Below, in pieces: positions 35,462 to 47,297 of a DNA stretch of 64,000 nt. The stretch comes from Nitrospinales bacterium (GTDB lineage Bacteria > Nitrospinota > Nitrospinia > Nitrospinales > VA-1): NCBI GenBank assembly GCA_965223345.1, contig CBDCWG010000012.1, positions 320,001-384,000 on the forward strand, given 5' to 3'. The notes below the pieces were generated by a model. That model did no database searches and had not been told where the DNA came from. It saw nothing but the letters and a program-made list of their open reading frames with translations. A program made the translations under genes and the position numbers. Each line of letters starts with the position of its first letter. The first letter of the stretch is position 1.

Positions 35462-36616
35462 TCATTCGGCCTGCAACCAGCGGTCCACAATCGCAAAAAA
35501 CCGGTCGATCTCTTGTTCGCTGTTGTAAAAATGCGGCGAGAGCCGCACGTTGCCGTCGCGCACGGAGAGAAACACCTGGTTTGACTTCATCACCGCGGTG
35601 AAGGAGTCCAGCCGCTCCGGTGCGATCGAGAACACGACGCTGCCGGAACGTTCCTCCCGTACCTGCGAGCTCACCACCCGGATGCCGCGTGAGGCGAGCC
35701 CCTCCAGTATCTTATCCCCCAGATGGAGAATGCGCCCGGCGATGGCGTCCATCCCCACTTCATGAAACAGCGACAGCGCCGCGCCGAACGCGTGGATGCT
35801 CAAGGTGTTGAAGCTGCCCTCCTCGAATTTTTTCGCATCCTCGCGCAGGGTGAAATCGTGGCTGGAAAAATCGTGCGCGTTCACCACGCTGTCCCAGCCG
35901 ACGACGGCGGGATGCAGTTGATCCATCACTCTGGAAGCGATGTAAAACCCGCCCAGGCCTTCGACGCTCAAAAGCCATTTGTGCCCGTCCGCAGCGAGAA
36001 AATCGATGTGGTCCCGCTGCACGTCCATCGGCAACACGCCCAGACTCTGGATAGCGTCCACGCAGAACAGGATGCCTTTGTCTTTGCAGAACGCGCCGAT
36101 GCGATTGAGATCATTGCGGAAGCCACTGCCGTATTCGACGGAGCTGATCGACAGGACGCGCGTGCGCGCATCCACCGCCGCTTCGATGTCCTCAAACAGC
36201 ACGCGCCCATCCCGCGCTTTGACGAAGCGGGTGGCGACGCCGCGCCGCTTGAGGTTGAGCCAGGGATAGACGTTGGCGGGAAACTCGATGTCCGGCACGA
36301 CCACGTTGTCGCCCTCCCGCCAGTCCAGCCCGTTGGCGACGAGCGAGATGCCTTCGGATGTGTTTTTGATGAACGCCACCTCAGGGGTTTCGGCGTGAAT
36401 CAATCGGGCGAAGCTCGCACGCACGCTTTCCACGTGCTGCATCCAGCGCGAATAGTTGGCGGTGCCCTGGAGGCAGGCGTCGGCCGCAAACGTCTCGATG
36501 GCTTCGCGCACGCGCGCGGGAAGCGGCGCGACGCAGGCGTGATCGAAAAAAACCCTGCCCTGCGTGACGGGAAATTCGCGGCGGATGCGGTCGGCGTCGA
36601 GGAGCGGGAGGGTCAT
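35462..36616 (-). CDS. Class V aminotransferase (PLP; cysteine desulfurase/isopenicillin epimerase-like)
   Basis: FFDHACVAP, NTSEG, EFPAN, VDAIQSLG, DGHKWL and RLSPHFYN. Confidence 0.9.
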   Translation of the reverse strand: MTLPLLDADRIRREFPVTQGRVFFDHACVAPLPARVREAIETFAADACLQGTANYSRWMQHVESVRASFARLIHAETPEVAFIKNTSEGISLVANGLDWREGDNVVVPDIEFPANVYPWLNLKRRGVATRFVKARDGRVLFEDIEAAVDARTRVLSISSVEYGSGFRNDLNRIGAFCKDKGILFCVDAIQSLGVLPMDVQRDHIDFLAADGHKWLLSVEGLGGFYIASRVMDQLHPAVVGWDSVVNAHDFSSHDFTLREDAKKFEEGSFNTLSIHAFGAALSLFHEVGMDAIAGRILHLGDKILEGLASRGIRVVSSQVREERSGSVVFSIAPERLDSFTAVMKSNQVFLSVRDGNVRLSPHFYNSEQEIDRFFAIVDRWLQAE

Positions 36617-36638
36617 GGTATTTCGATCGAAGCTCTGT

Positions 36639-37855
36639 TCAACCGCTGCAGGCGCTCTTGCCGCGCAGGATGGCGTCGAAACCGTATTTGCTGCGGATGC
36701 GGTCGATGCTGTTGTAGAGACGGTCCCACTCCTTGAGGTCCGCCGGTTCGAACAGGTCGTTCTGCAGGCGGGCATCCCGGCTCAGCGAAGACAACGACAC
36801 GCCGATCAGGCGCACCCGCGTGCGGCGCTCTTTGCGCAGCAGCCGGAGCACGGTCTGCAAAATCAGGTGGTCCTCGGAAACCGGTTCGGCCAGGGTGTGC
36901 GAGCGGGTGCGGGTGGTGAAATCCGGAGCGCGCAGCTTGAGTGTGACCGAACGGGCGTACAGGCCGGAAGCGCGCAGTTGCGCCGCCACCTCTTCCACGA
37001 GGCGGCAGAGCGTCGCTTCGAGAAACACCGTATCGCCGGTGTCCTTAGCGAACGTGGTCTCGCGGCTGATCGAGCGGCTGTCGCCCGCGTGCTCCTGCAC
37101 GCGGTCCTCACACAGACCGTGGACGCGGGCGTGCAGCGCCGCGCCCCATTTGCCGTGCGCGTTTTGCAACACGCGCCGCGGCTGGGCGGCCAGCTGGCCG
37201 ACGGTGCGGATGCCCATGCGCCTGAGTTCGGCGCCGCCTTTCTTGCCCACGCCCGGCAACCGGCGCACGGGCAACGCGGCGAGGAACTTGCTTTCCTTGC
37301 CGGGGGCGATCCACAACATACCGTTTGGCTTTGCGAAATCGGAGGCGACTTTGGCGAGCAGTTTGTTGGCGGCGATGCCGATGGACGCAGACAATCCGGT
37401 TTGCGCGTGGATCTCCTTTTTAATTTTCTCCGCCGCCACGAGCACCGGGCCGTGCAGCCGCTCGCAGCCGGTGAGGTCCACGTAGGCTTCATCGAGAGAC
37501 ACCGGCTCCACCAGCGGTGAAAAGGTTTTCAGGATGCGAAAAACGCGCTCGGAGTATTCGCCGTACAGCCCTGCGAGACGCGCAGAAAGATCGCGTGCGG
37601 GCAGCGCCGCTTCGCTTCCACGAGCGGCATGGCGGAACGGATGCCGTATTTGCGCGCGGCGTAGGACGCGGTGGAAACGACGCCGCGGCCGTCCGGGTCG
37701 CCGCCGACGATGACGGGTTTGCCCTTGAGCGAGGGGTCGCGCAGTTCCTCGACGGACACGAAAAACGCGTCCATGTCCACGTGCAGAATCTGCCGCCCGG
37801 CCCCCGTGCGGGAAACCGGCCCCACGCTTTTATCCTGACTTGTGTTCTCAGGCAT
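36639..37855 (-). pseudogene. dinB: DNA polymerase IV, split by a 1-nt frameshift near 37570 (true lesion or sequencing error)
   Basis: [12 protein letters not shown]...SYAARKYG is in one frame and GLYGEYS...EPVSLDEAYVD...NKLLAKVASDFAKPNG in another. One extra C in the C3 run at 37569-37571 would join them. Confidence 0.85.
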
Positions 37856-37911
37856 AGGACGGGACGTTTTCTCCAGCTTATGAATGATGAAAACGGTCTA
37901 TCGCTCCGCGC

Positions 37912-38364
37912 TCACTCACTCGATTCGACGGTGACTTCGGTGCGTATCGAGTTGGCGATGAAACACGCCTGGTGCGCTTTCTCATGAATCCTGTCGATCT
38001 CTTCTGCGGAGGGGGTTTTGTCGCCGCCCCACACCACCTTGGGGCGCAGGACCGCGCGGGTGATCGCCAGTCTGCCATTTTCGTTTTTTTCCAGAAACCC
38101 CACGGCGGCATCTTCATAGCTCTCCACGCTCAGGCGTTTCTTGGCCGCCACCGCCAGAAAGGTCAGCATGTGGCAACTCGACAGTGCGCCGACCAGAGCC
38201 TCCTCGGGATCGACGCAGTCCGGGTTGCCGTTGAAGCCGGGGGCTGCCGACGCCTGGACCTGGATGCCGCCCTCGAACGTCCACACGTGGTCGCGGTTGT
38301 AGCCTTCGTGACTGAATTCCTCGCTGCCGCGGGCCCAGCTCACTTTCACTTTATGTTCTGACAT
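37912..38364 (-). CDS. OsmC/Ohr family peroxiredoxin-like protein
   Basis: DPEEALVGALSSCHMLTFL and AHQACFIANS. Confidence 0.92.
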   Translation of the reverse strand: MSEHKVKVSWARGSEEFSHEGYNRDHVWTFEGGIQVQASAAPGFNGNPDCVDPEEALVGALSSCHMLTFLAVAAKKRLSVESYEDAAVGFLEKNENGRLAITRAVLRPKVVWGGDKTPSAEEIDRIHEKAHQACFIANSIRTEVTVESSE

Positions 38365-38407
38365 GACTTTTCTCCCTGTTTGCTAAAAGTGACCCCGGCG
38401 GATGCGT

Positions 38408-39010
38408 TCATTTGAATTTGCGCAGGACGCCGATCACGACGCCCTGGATTTTGAAATCCCCCTCTTTCACGATGATCGGCTGCATATCCTGGTTGGCGGG
38501 CTGCAGGCGCACCTGACCGTTCTCGCGGTAGAAGCGTTTGAGCGTGGCCTTTTCGTTGTCCAGCAGGGCGACCACGGTTTCGCCGTTGTCGGCGCTTTCT
38601 TTCTTCTGCACGATGACGTAGTCGCCGTCGCGGATCGAATCCTCGATCATGGAATTGCCTTTGACCCTGAGCACGAAGACGTCCTCGTCCAGAGGATCGG
38701 GCAGGATGAAAACGGTCTCGCGGTCGTCCATCACCTCGATGGGTTTGCCGGCAACGATGTGCCCGAGCACGGTGTATTCGCGCGCCAGGGCGTTTTGCGG
38801 CGGCTCGGCGATCTCGATGGCGCGGCTGAGGTTGTGCTGTTTGCGGATCAGCCCCTTCTCTTCCAGATGGCTCAGATGCTTGTGCACGGTCGCCGGCGAG
38901 TTGAGCCTGAACTGCTTGCCGATTTCCAGGATGCTGGGCGCGTAGCCCTTGCTTTGGATGTGCTCTTTCAGGTATTGGTAGATCTCTTGCTGCCGTTTGG
39001 TGAGGTGCAT
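38408..39010 (-). CDS. lexA: SOS repressor LexA
   Basis: LTKRQQEI, YAPSILEI, the cleavage site VAG, catalytic GNSM and TLKRF. Confidence 0.96.
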   Translation of the reverse strand: MHLTKRQQEIYQYLKEHIQSKGYAPSILEIGKQFRLNSPATVHKHLSHLEEKGLIRKQHNLSRAIEIAEPPQNALAREYTVLGHIVAGKPIEVMDDRETVFILPDPLDEDVFVLRVKGNSMIEDSIRDGDYVIVQKKESADNGETVVALLDNEKATLKRFYRENGQVRLQPANQDMQPIIVKEGDFKIQGVVIGVLRKFK

Positions 39011-39036
39011 GCCCCCTTGCCTCCCGCTTGAAAGGA

Positions 39037-39072
39037 TTTTCGGAGTATAGGCGAAAATTAATCGAAAATCAA
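39037..39072 (-). promoter_or_regulatory. lexA promoter (TTGATT-17-TATACT) overlapped by CGAAAA repeats (candidate SOS box)
   Basis: Minus strand reads TTGATTttcgattaattttcgccTATACTccgaaaa. Confidence 0.65.
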
Positions 39073-39127
39073 GCGTCGCACGGCGGAATAACAGCATAGC
39101 AGCCTGGTTTTCTTCGCAGACTCACCT

Positions 39128-39165
39128 TTCGACAAAGCCTGTCCTGAGCTTGCCGAAGGACTCAG
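39128..39165. repeat. REP-like palindromic intergenic repeat (CTGAGCTTGYCGAAG family)
   Basis: 38-nt unit matching 50527-50564 with 2 mismatches. Confidence 0.8.
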
Positions 39166-39252
39166 GTTGACACGGTAAGGGGAGCGGGCTCAAAAGATCT
39201 CAGGCGCAAGCCAACGTATCGCTCCATTTCTCCCGAGACAAAGACTCACACC

Positions 39253-39693
39253 ATGACTGAAAAACTGAAACTGCTTTTTTTGTGCACGGGCAACTCCTGC
39301 CGCAGCCAGATGGCGGAGGGGTGGGCGAGAAAGCTGAAAGGCGAGGTCATCGAGCCCTATTCGGCGGGATTGGAGGCGCACGGGCTGAATCTGCTGGCGG
39401 TGAAAGCGATGGCGGAAGCGGGCGTCGATATTTCCGGGCAGAAATCGCAGCGGCTGGAGGAAGTGATAGCGGTGCCGTTCGACCGGGTGGTCACGGTGTG
39501 CGCGCACGCGGACGCGAATTGTCCGGTGTTTCCCAAACCCGTGCCGGTGACGCACAGGGGTTTCGACGATCCGCCCAAACTGGCGCGCTCGGCGAAAAGC
39601 GAAGCGGAAGCCCTGGTGCATTACCGCAGGGTGCGCGATGAGATCCGTGCGTTTGTGGAATCGCTGCCTGAGGGTCTTGAGACTAAAACTTGA
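39253..39693 (+). CDS. arsC: Arsenate reductase, thioredoxin-coupled LMW-PTP type
   Basis: CTGNSCRSQMAEG, VCAHADANCP and FDDP...RRVRDEI. Confidence 0.9.
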   Translation: MTEKLKLLFLCTGNSCRSQMAEGWARKLKGEVIEPYSAGLEAHGLNLLAVKAMAEAGVDISGQKSQRLEEVIAVPFDRVVTVCAHADANCPVFPKPVPVTHRGFDDPPKLARSAKSEAEALVHYRRVRDEIRAFVESLPEGLETKT

Positions 39694-39715
39694 GATCGGG
39701 CGATGCGGAAGCCGG

Positions 39716-40657
39716 TCAGAACTTGATGGCGGGGGCCTTGCGGGTGGATTGTTTCACGGGCAGCCGCTTGGATACCGGTTGCGTTTCTTTCAGCACGGCG
39801 TCGGCGGGCATCTGCTCGATGGAGGTCAGCCGCGAAGGTTGATCTTGCTTCACATTGGCGACAGCCTGTTTTTTGTCCTTATCCAGGATCTGCGTCCAGT
39901 GCACTTTTTTGGTTTTGTCTTCTTCCTGGACGTTCCAGGTCTTGGCGATCAACGGCTCCTGAAAGGTGCCTTCGCTGTCGGCCTGGTCTGGGAACTTCAC
40001 GATGGAGGTGAGCTTGCTCACCATTTTCGAGGTCATGCGATCCATCTCCACCGCGTTGGTCACCAGATACAGCGGGGCGATCACGGCGGAGGCGATCCCC
40101 GTGGGAATCTTCGCCAGGCCTTCGAAATCGGACTCGGTCTGCTCCGCCATCCACAGGACTTCGCCGCTGCGCGTGTCCACCATGCGGGCGGAGATGTTGA
40201 GCTCGATGGAGGAATGCAGCAGCATGTAGGCTTTTTCCACTTTGTTGATGCGGGTGATGAGCACCGCATCCACACCGAGCACCTCGCCGAACCGCATGGG
40301 GTTCATGTCCCAGAACACAGCGGGGTCGTTAAGCCCGTTCTGCTTGAGCTGGGCGTCCACCATGTAATGCTCGAGAAGATTGAACTGGGACTGTTTGAGG
40401 TTGGCGTGCAGGCTCTGGCGGAACAGGTCGGCCATTTCCTGCTGCTTTTCGTCCTGCACCAGAGCGGGCAGGATCGCCACGGTGTGGCGGGCGGACAGAT
40501 TGTTCAGATTGCCGGAAACCTTGGTGGTCAGCTGGGTGGTGCCGCAGGCGGACAGCAGGAGCCCGAGCGCGAGACAGAACAGAGCGCGCTGGCCCATCGC
40601 AAACGCCTTGGTCCGCTCATTCTTTTGGGTTTGCTGTGCGTGTTTCAAAGGATCCAC
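39716..40657 (-). CDS. DUF799-like lipoprotein, paralog of 34201-35430 without the SPOR domain (start uncertain)
   Basis: Lipobox LSAC; TKVSGNLN, NPMRFGEVLG and VDTRSGEVLWMAEQTESD shared with the paralog. Confidence 0.8.
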   Translation of the reverse strand: MDPLKHAQQTQKNERTKAFAMGQRALFCLALGLLLSACGTTQLTTKVSGNLNNLSARHTVAILPALVQDEKQQEMADLFRQSLHANLKQSQFNLLEHYMVDAQLKQNGLNDPAVFWDMNPMRFGEVLGVDAVLITRINKVEKAYMLLHSSIELNISARMVDTRSGEVLWMAEQTESDFEGLAKIPTGIASAVIAPLYLVTNAVEMDRMTSKMVSKLTSIVKFPDQADSEGTFQEPLIAKTWNVQEEDKTKKVHWTQILDKDKKQAVANVKQDQPSRLTSIEQMPADAVLKETQPVSKRLPVKQSTRKAPAIKF

Positions 40658-40878
40658 CTGGCCTGTTTAAGGTTTTAAATCCGGTGTCACTGCCCCAGAG
40701 TGATGCGGGCGATGAAATCGATGCCGATGATCCCGGCTGCGAGGTACAAAAACGCTTTGAGGAGCAGATATGTGTTGCTTGCGGGTCGAGCCTCGACCCG
40801 GCTGCCGTCATTCGTCTCATTTTGATACTGTGAATGCATCCGGCCCTCGCAAAAATCGTTGGGATGTTCCTATATATG

Positions 40879-40894
40879 TGCACAAGACATGCCA
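40879..40894 (-). promoter_or_regulatory. Putative sigma54 (-24/-12) promoter TGGCATGTCTTGTGCA
   Basis: GG and GC at canonical spacing, oriented toward the 40657 gene. Confidence 0.45.
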
Positions 40895-41104
40895 ATTTTC
40901 GCAGAACCGTCAAATTTTGAGCAACTCGCCGTTTAACAAGCTAAATTTTTATAGACAAATATTTCCATACCCTGTTTATGGTAAAAATTACAATCAAAAT
41001 TACACACACAGTGTCAAATTTTGTGACCTAACTTACAAAACAGGGCTCCCCGAGCGCCGGATGCGCTTGCTTTGGCCCTTTAACAGGAGTAATTTGAAAT
41101 CACC

Positions 41105-42232
41105 ATGCGGAAAAACAAACTAACAAGCGGATTATCAAAGGCGTTGATCCTCGCCGCGCTGGTTTGCAACGCGGGTGCGGCGCTGGCCCAGGACGAACCC
41201 GCAGCCAGCCTGCCGGATGAGGGTGCGACGCTGCGGGTGGCGGTGGTGGGCGACACGGGGATCGGCGAGCGGGCGTATCACTGGGGCTTCCTGGCGGTGC
41301 AGCGGGCGATGGAAGCGGAAAAACCGGAGGTGCTGCTGCACCTGGGGGATTTTGTCTACCAGCCTGAGTTCATGCCCGATGCCTGCGACCCGAAATACAT
41401 CGAGGAGATCAAAGAGAAGCTGGTGCAGCCCTTCCCGCTGCGGCTGTTCGTCGCGGGCGACAACGACCTGCCGCCGCACCGCCGGAAACCGAAAGCCTCC
41501 GGCTGCTGGGAGCACATCGATCCTTTGGACACGCCCTTCGACACGCGCGTCGCCTGGGGCAGCCAGCCGCGGGCGCACGAGGGCACGAAGGTGATCGGCA
41601 ACACGCTGTTTGCCGTGCTCAACAACTATCCCTGGCAGGACCCGACGCCGTGGCTGGGCCCGGAGATCGAGCGCGCCCGGCAGGAGGGGCTGTGGGTGGT
41701 GGTGGCGGTGCACGAACCGGCGCTGACGACGGCGTGGTATCTGGAAAAACGCGCGACGGTGCTGCGGCAGATCAACGCGCTGGGGCCGGACCTGGTGCTT
41801 GCGGGCAACCAGCATTCCTACGAACGCTTCCACGCGCTCGGCGTTCCCGATGCGGACGGCGTGTTTTCCGTGCACGCGTCGCCCACCGGCGAGTACCGGC
41901 AGGGGGCGGGGACGGTGCACGTGGTATCGGGCGGCGGCGGCGCGCTGTTCAAGCCGTTTGCGGACCAGCAGGGAATCGCCGAACGCACGGCCCCCAAAGC
42001 GGTGTTCAACGCGCTGGCGGCGCGCGCGCTGATGAACCATTACCTGATCCTGGAGATGTCGTCACAGACGCTCACGGGCAAGACGTTCCGCGTGTGCCCG
42101 GGTGAGGCGCAGACGGGCCGGAAAAACCCGCGCTGGAAAGCGCGCAAGAAAATGTGGAACAGCATCTCCCTGCGCTGCGACGGCAAACCGGTGGGGGTGA
42201 CGCAGTTCGATCAGTTCCGAATCGTGCGCTGA
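41105..42232 (+). CDS. Secreted calcineurin-like metallophosphoesterase (atypical motifs)
   Basis: Signal peptide (ALA); VGDTG, HLGDFVY, GDND, HEP, GNQHSYER and VSGGGGA. Confidence 0.82.
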   Translation: MRKNKLTSGLSKALILAALVCNAGAALAQDEPAASLPDEGATLRVAVVGDTGIGERAYHWGFLAVQRAMEAEKPEVLLHLGDFVYQPEFMPDACDPKYIEEIKEKLVQPFPLRLFVAGDNDLPPHRRKPKASGCWEHIDPLDTPFDTRVAWGSQPRAHEGTKVIGNTLFAVLNNYPWQDPTPWLGPEIERARQEGLWVVVAVHEPALTTAWYLEKRATVLRQINALGPDLVLAGNQHSYERFHALGVPDADGVFSVHASPTGEYRQGAGTVHVVSGGGGALFKPFADQQGIAERTAPKAVFNALAARALMNHYLILEMSSQTLTGKTFRVCPGEAQTGRKNPRWKARKKMWNSISLRCDGKPVGVTQFDQFRIVR

Positions 42233-42490
42233 AGGCGAAGAAACGAAGGGGACAGGATGAACAGGATAAAGACGAAATAAAAAAAACTTTGCCTCGCGCA
42301 AAGGCGCCAAGCCACCTCCAGTATTTTGATAAGCGGGTGTCGAGCTATGCTCGACGAAGGCGCAAAGAAAAACGAAAAACGGTGACGAAACAGTTTCTCA
42401 ACCAGCACGAATCGTTCATCAAAAATCTGCTCGACAAGTAAAACCCGATTCAACGATTTCCTTCAAACCGCTTTCACCGCCACTCCCGCT

Positions 42491-43435
42491 ATGAACTTCA
42501 AACACATCGCCATCGGTCTCGCCTGCTACGTTCCGGGTGTTTACAATTTTCTCTCGCACCTGATCGATCAACCGGCGTCGGCGCGCTACGGCTATGCGGT
42601 GTGGATGCGGCACCTGGTGCGGGCGCATCAAAGAGGTGTCGCAGAATTTCCGTGTGTGGTGGCGGAGCTGGGGCCGGGCTATTCGTTGGGTGCGGGGATG
42701 GCGGCGCTGCTCTCGGGAGCGGAGCAGTATTACGCGGTCGATGTGGTGGGCTACGCGGGCAACAAAAAAAATTTAAAACTGTTCGATGAACTGGTTGAAC
42801 TTTTCCAAGCGCGGGCGGACATCCCGGATGCGGCGGAGTTCCCGCATCTCAAGCCGGCGCTCGACTCGTACGCGTTTCCGAAAGATCTATTGAGCGACGC
42901 GCACCTCGCGCAGACGCTGGACGAACAGCGCGTCGCCGACCTTCGGGCGTCCGTGCTGAAAACCGACGCGCCGGATTCGCCGATGCGCTATGTGTTCCCC
43001 TGGACCGACGCGAGCATTCTGGAAAAAGATTCGCTGGACATGATCTTCTCGCAGGCGGTGCTGGAGCATGTGGACGAACTGGAGGCCGCCTACCGCGCGC
43101 TGGCGAACTGGCTGAAACCCACAGGCTTCATGACGCACACGATCGATTTCAAATGCCACAACACGGCGAAGAAGTGGAACGGGCACTGGGCGATCGCGGA
43201 CTGGCAATGGCGCTTGATGCGAGGCGGACGCCCGTACCTGTTGAACCGGCAGCCGCATTCGGCGCACCTGAGGCTGCTGCACGAATCGGGGTTCAGGATC
43301 CGGCTGGATCAGCGTTTCTTCAGCAAGGAAGGCATCGACAGAAAGGACCTGACCGCGCGTTTCCAGCATCTGACCGACGAGGATCTCAAAACGCAGGGCG
43401 CGTTCATCCTGTCGGTCCCGCACCAACACGAGTGA
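42491..43435 (+). CDS. Putative SAM-dependent methyltransferase
   Basis: AELGPG, YAVD, DMIFSQAVLEHV and LKPTG. Confidence 0.75.
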   Translation: MNFKHIAIGLACYVPGVYNFLSHLIDQPASARYGYAVWMRHLVRAHQRGVAEFPCVVAELGPGYSLGAGMAALLSGAEQYYAVDVVGYAGNKKNLKLFDELVELFQARADIPDAAEFPHLKPALDSYAFPKDLLSDAHLAQTLDEQRVADLRASVLKTDAPDSPMRYVFPWTDASILEKDSLDMIFSQAVLEHVDELEAAYRALANWLKPTGFMTHTIDFKCHNTAKKWNGHWAIADWQWRLMRGGRPYLLNRQPHSAHLRLLHESGFRIRLDQRFFSKEGIDRKDLTARFQHLTDEDLKTQGAFILSVPHQHE

Positions 43436-43495
43436 AACGCTGCGGAGAAGGAGACGGCGAAAACCTGAACGACTTTCCCGGCTGTGGTTTCTTTT

Positions 43496-44449
43496 TCAAC
43501 CGCAGCTTTTCAGGAACGCGTCGATCTCGTCGCAGGTCTTTTTCACATCCTGGGCGGAGGTGTTGAGCGCTTTCATTTCCTCATCGGTGAGCTTGAGCTC
43601 GATGATCTTCTCCATGCCGCCGATTCCCATTCTCACCGGCACACCGAAGAAGATGCCGTCCCAGCCGTACTCGCCTTCCAGGTAGGCGGTGCAGGGCAGG
43701 ATGCGCTTCTTGTCGTGCAGGATGGCTTCGACCATCTTCACCACCGACGCGCCCGGCGCCATGAACGCACTGCCTTTTTTCAGCAGCGCCACGATCTCGG
43801 CGCCGCCTTTGCGGGTGCGTTCCACCAGGCGTTCGATCTGCTCGGTGCTCATCAACTCGGTGATGGGAATGCCGGAGACGGTGGTGTAGCGCGGCATCGG
43901 CACCATGGAATCGCCGTGACCGCCGAGCACCATCGCGTCCACGTCCACCAGCGAACAGTCCAGCTCCAGGGAAACGAAGGTACGCAGGCGGGCCGAATCC
44001 AGCACGCCGGCCATGCCCACGATGCGGTCCTTGGACAGGCCGGATACTTTTTTCGCGAGGTACACCATGGCGTCCAGGGGATTGGACACCAGGATGATGA
44101 TCGGATTCTTGGAGTGCTTCATGATCTCCTCGGTCACCGTTTTCACGATTTTGGCGTTGGTGGCCAGCAGATCTTCCCGGCTCTGGCCGGGTTTTCTCGG
44201 CAGACCGGCGGTGATCACGACGATGTCGGAACCGGCGGTGTCCTTATAGTCGTTGGTGCCGACGATGAGGCTGTCGAACACCTGCAGACAACCGGATTCC
44301 TGAAGATCGAGCGCCTTTCCCTGCGGCATCCCCTCGACGATGTCGGTGAGGACGACGTTGCCGAGGTTTTTGTAGGCCACAAGCTGCGCCACGGTGGAAC
44401 CCACCTGCCCGGCTCCGACCACCGTGATTTTTTTCCGCGCGGAGTTCAT
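43496..44449 (-). CDS. mdh: Malate dehydrogenase (LDH-like)
   Basis: [32 protein letters not shown] and GGHGD. Confidence 0.96.
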   Translation of the reverse strand: MNSARKKITVVGAGQVGSTVAQLVAYKNLGNVVLTDIVEGMPQGKALDLQESGCLQVFDSLIVGTNDYKDTAGSDIVVITAGLPRKPGQSREDLLATNAKIVKTVTEEIMKHSKNPIIILVSNPLDAMVYLAKKVSGLSKDRIVGMAGVLDSARLRTFVSLELDCSLVDVDAMVLGGHGDSMVPMPRYTTVSGIPITELMSTEQIERLVERTRKGGAEIVALLKKGSAFMAPGASVVKMVEAILHDKKRILPCTAYLEGEYGWDGIFFGVPVRMGIGGMEKIIELKLTDEEMKALNTSAQDVKKTCDEIDAFLKSCG

Positions 44450-44508
44450 AGCTTTCCCCTGTGAAGTTTTCGAAGTCGAAATGATGACGCCGGAAATCGA
44501 GTTTCAGG

Positions 44509-46752
<2,244 letters not shown>

Positions 46753-47297
46753 TCACCCCATGGAAAAAGTAGCGGAGACCCCGCTGTAGTCGGAATATTA
46801 TTAAATCATCAAACGACCGTCTTCATATAAAAGGCTGTATGTTCATGGATTGCGAAGACGGTTTGTTCCGCAAGAATTCTTTGGAAACCACTTGAAAAAT
46901 AGAAGAATTTGGATTGGGGGGTAAACTAAATTATTCGCTCCCGTTTTGTCAAGCGATTTTGGATGCAAACCCCGCCGCAAACCTCCGGGCGGCGCTTTTT
47001 GGGGTCGCCTGAGAGCGCGCTGGCCGCAATTCGGGTGATCGAAAACCGCACCTCCCCGCTGCGACGTATCTACTGCATTGAAAAGTAAAATTTTAACGAT
47101 TGCCGGACTGCGGACCCGGGTGCTATCTTGATGGACTTTCTCTTCACATTAAAATTTTTTCATGAAGACGCCGCGGGACCGTTTTGCGATCCCTTTGCCG
47201 GGATTCGCTTCCGGTCCGGTACACTTTCCCGTGCTTGGGCGGATCATCTATAATAGAATCGCAGCCGTGAATTTGCATCCCTCATCGTCACAGATCC

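Noticed and set aside
39253..39693. Arsenic resistance operon
   Set aside because: arsC stands alone, with no arsR, arsB or acr3 nearby.
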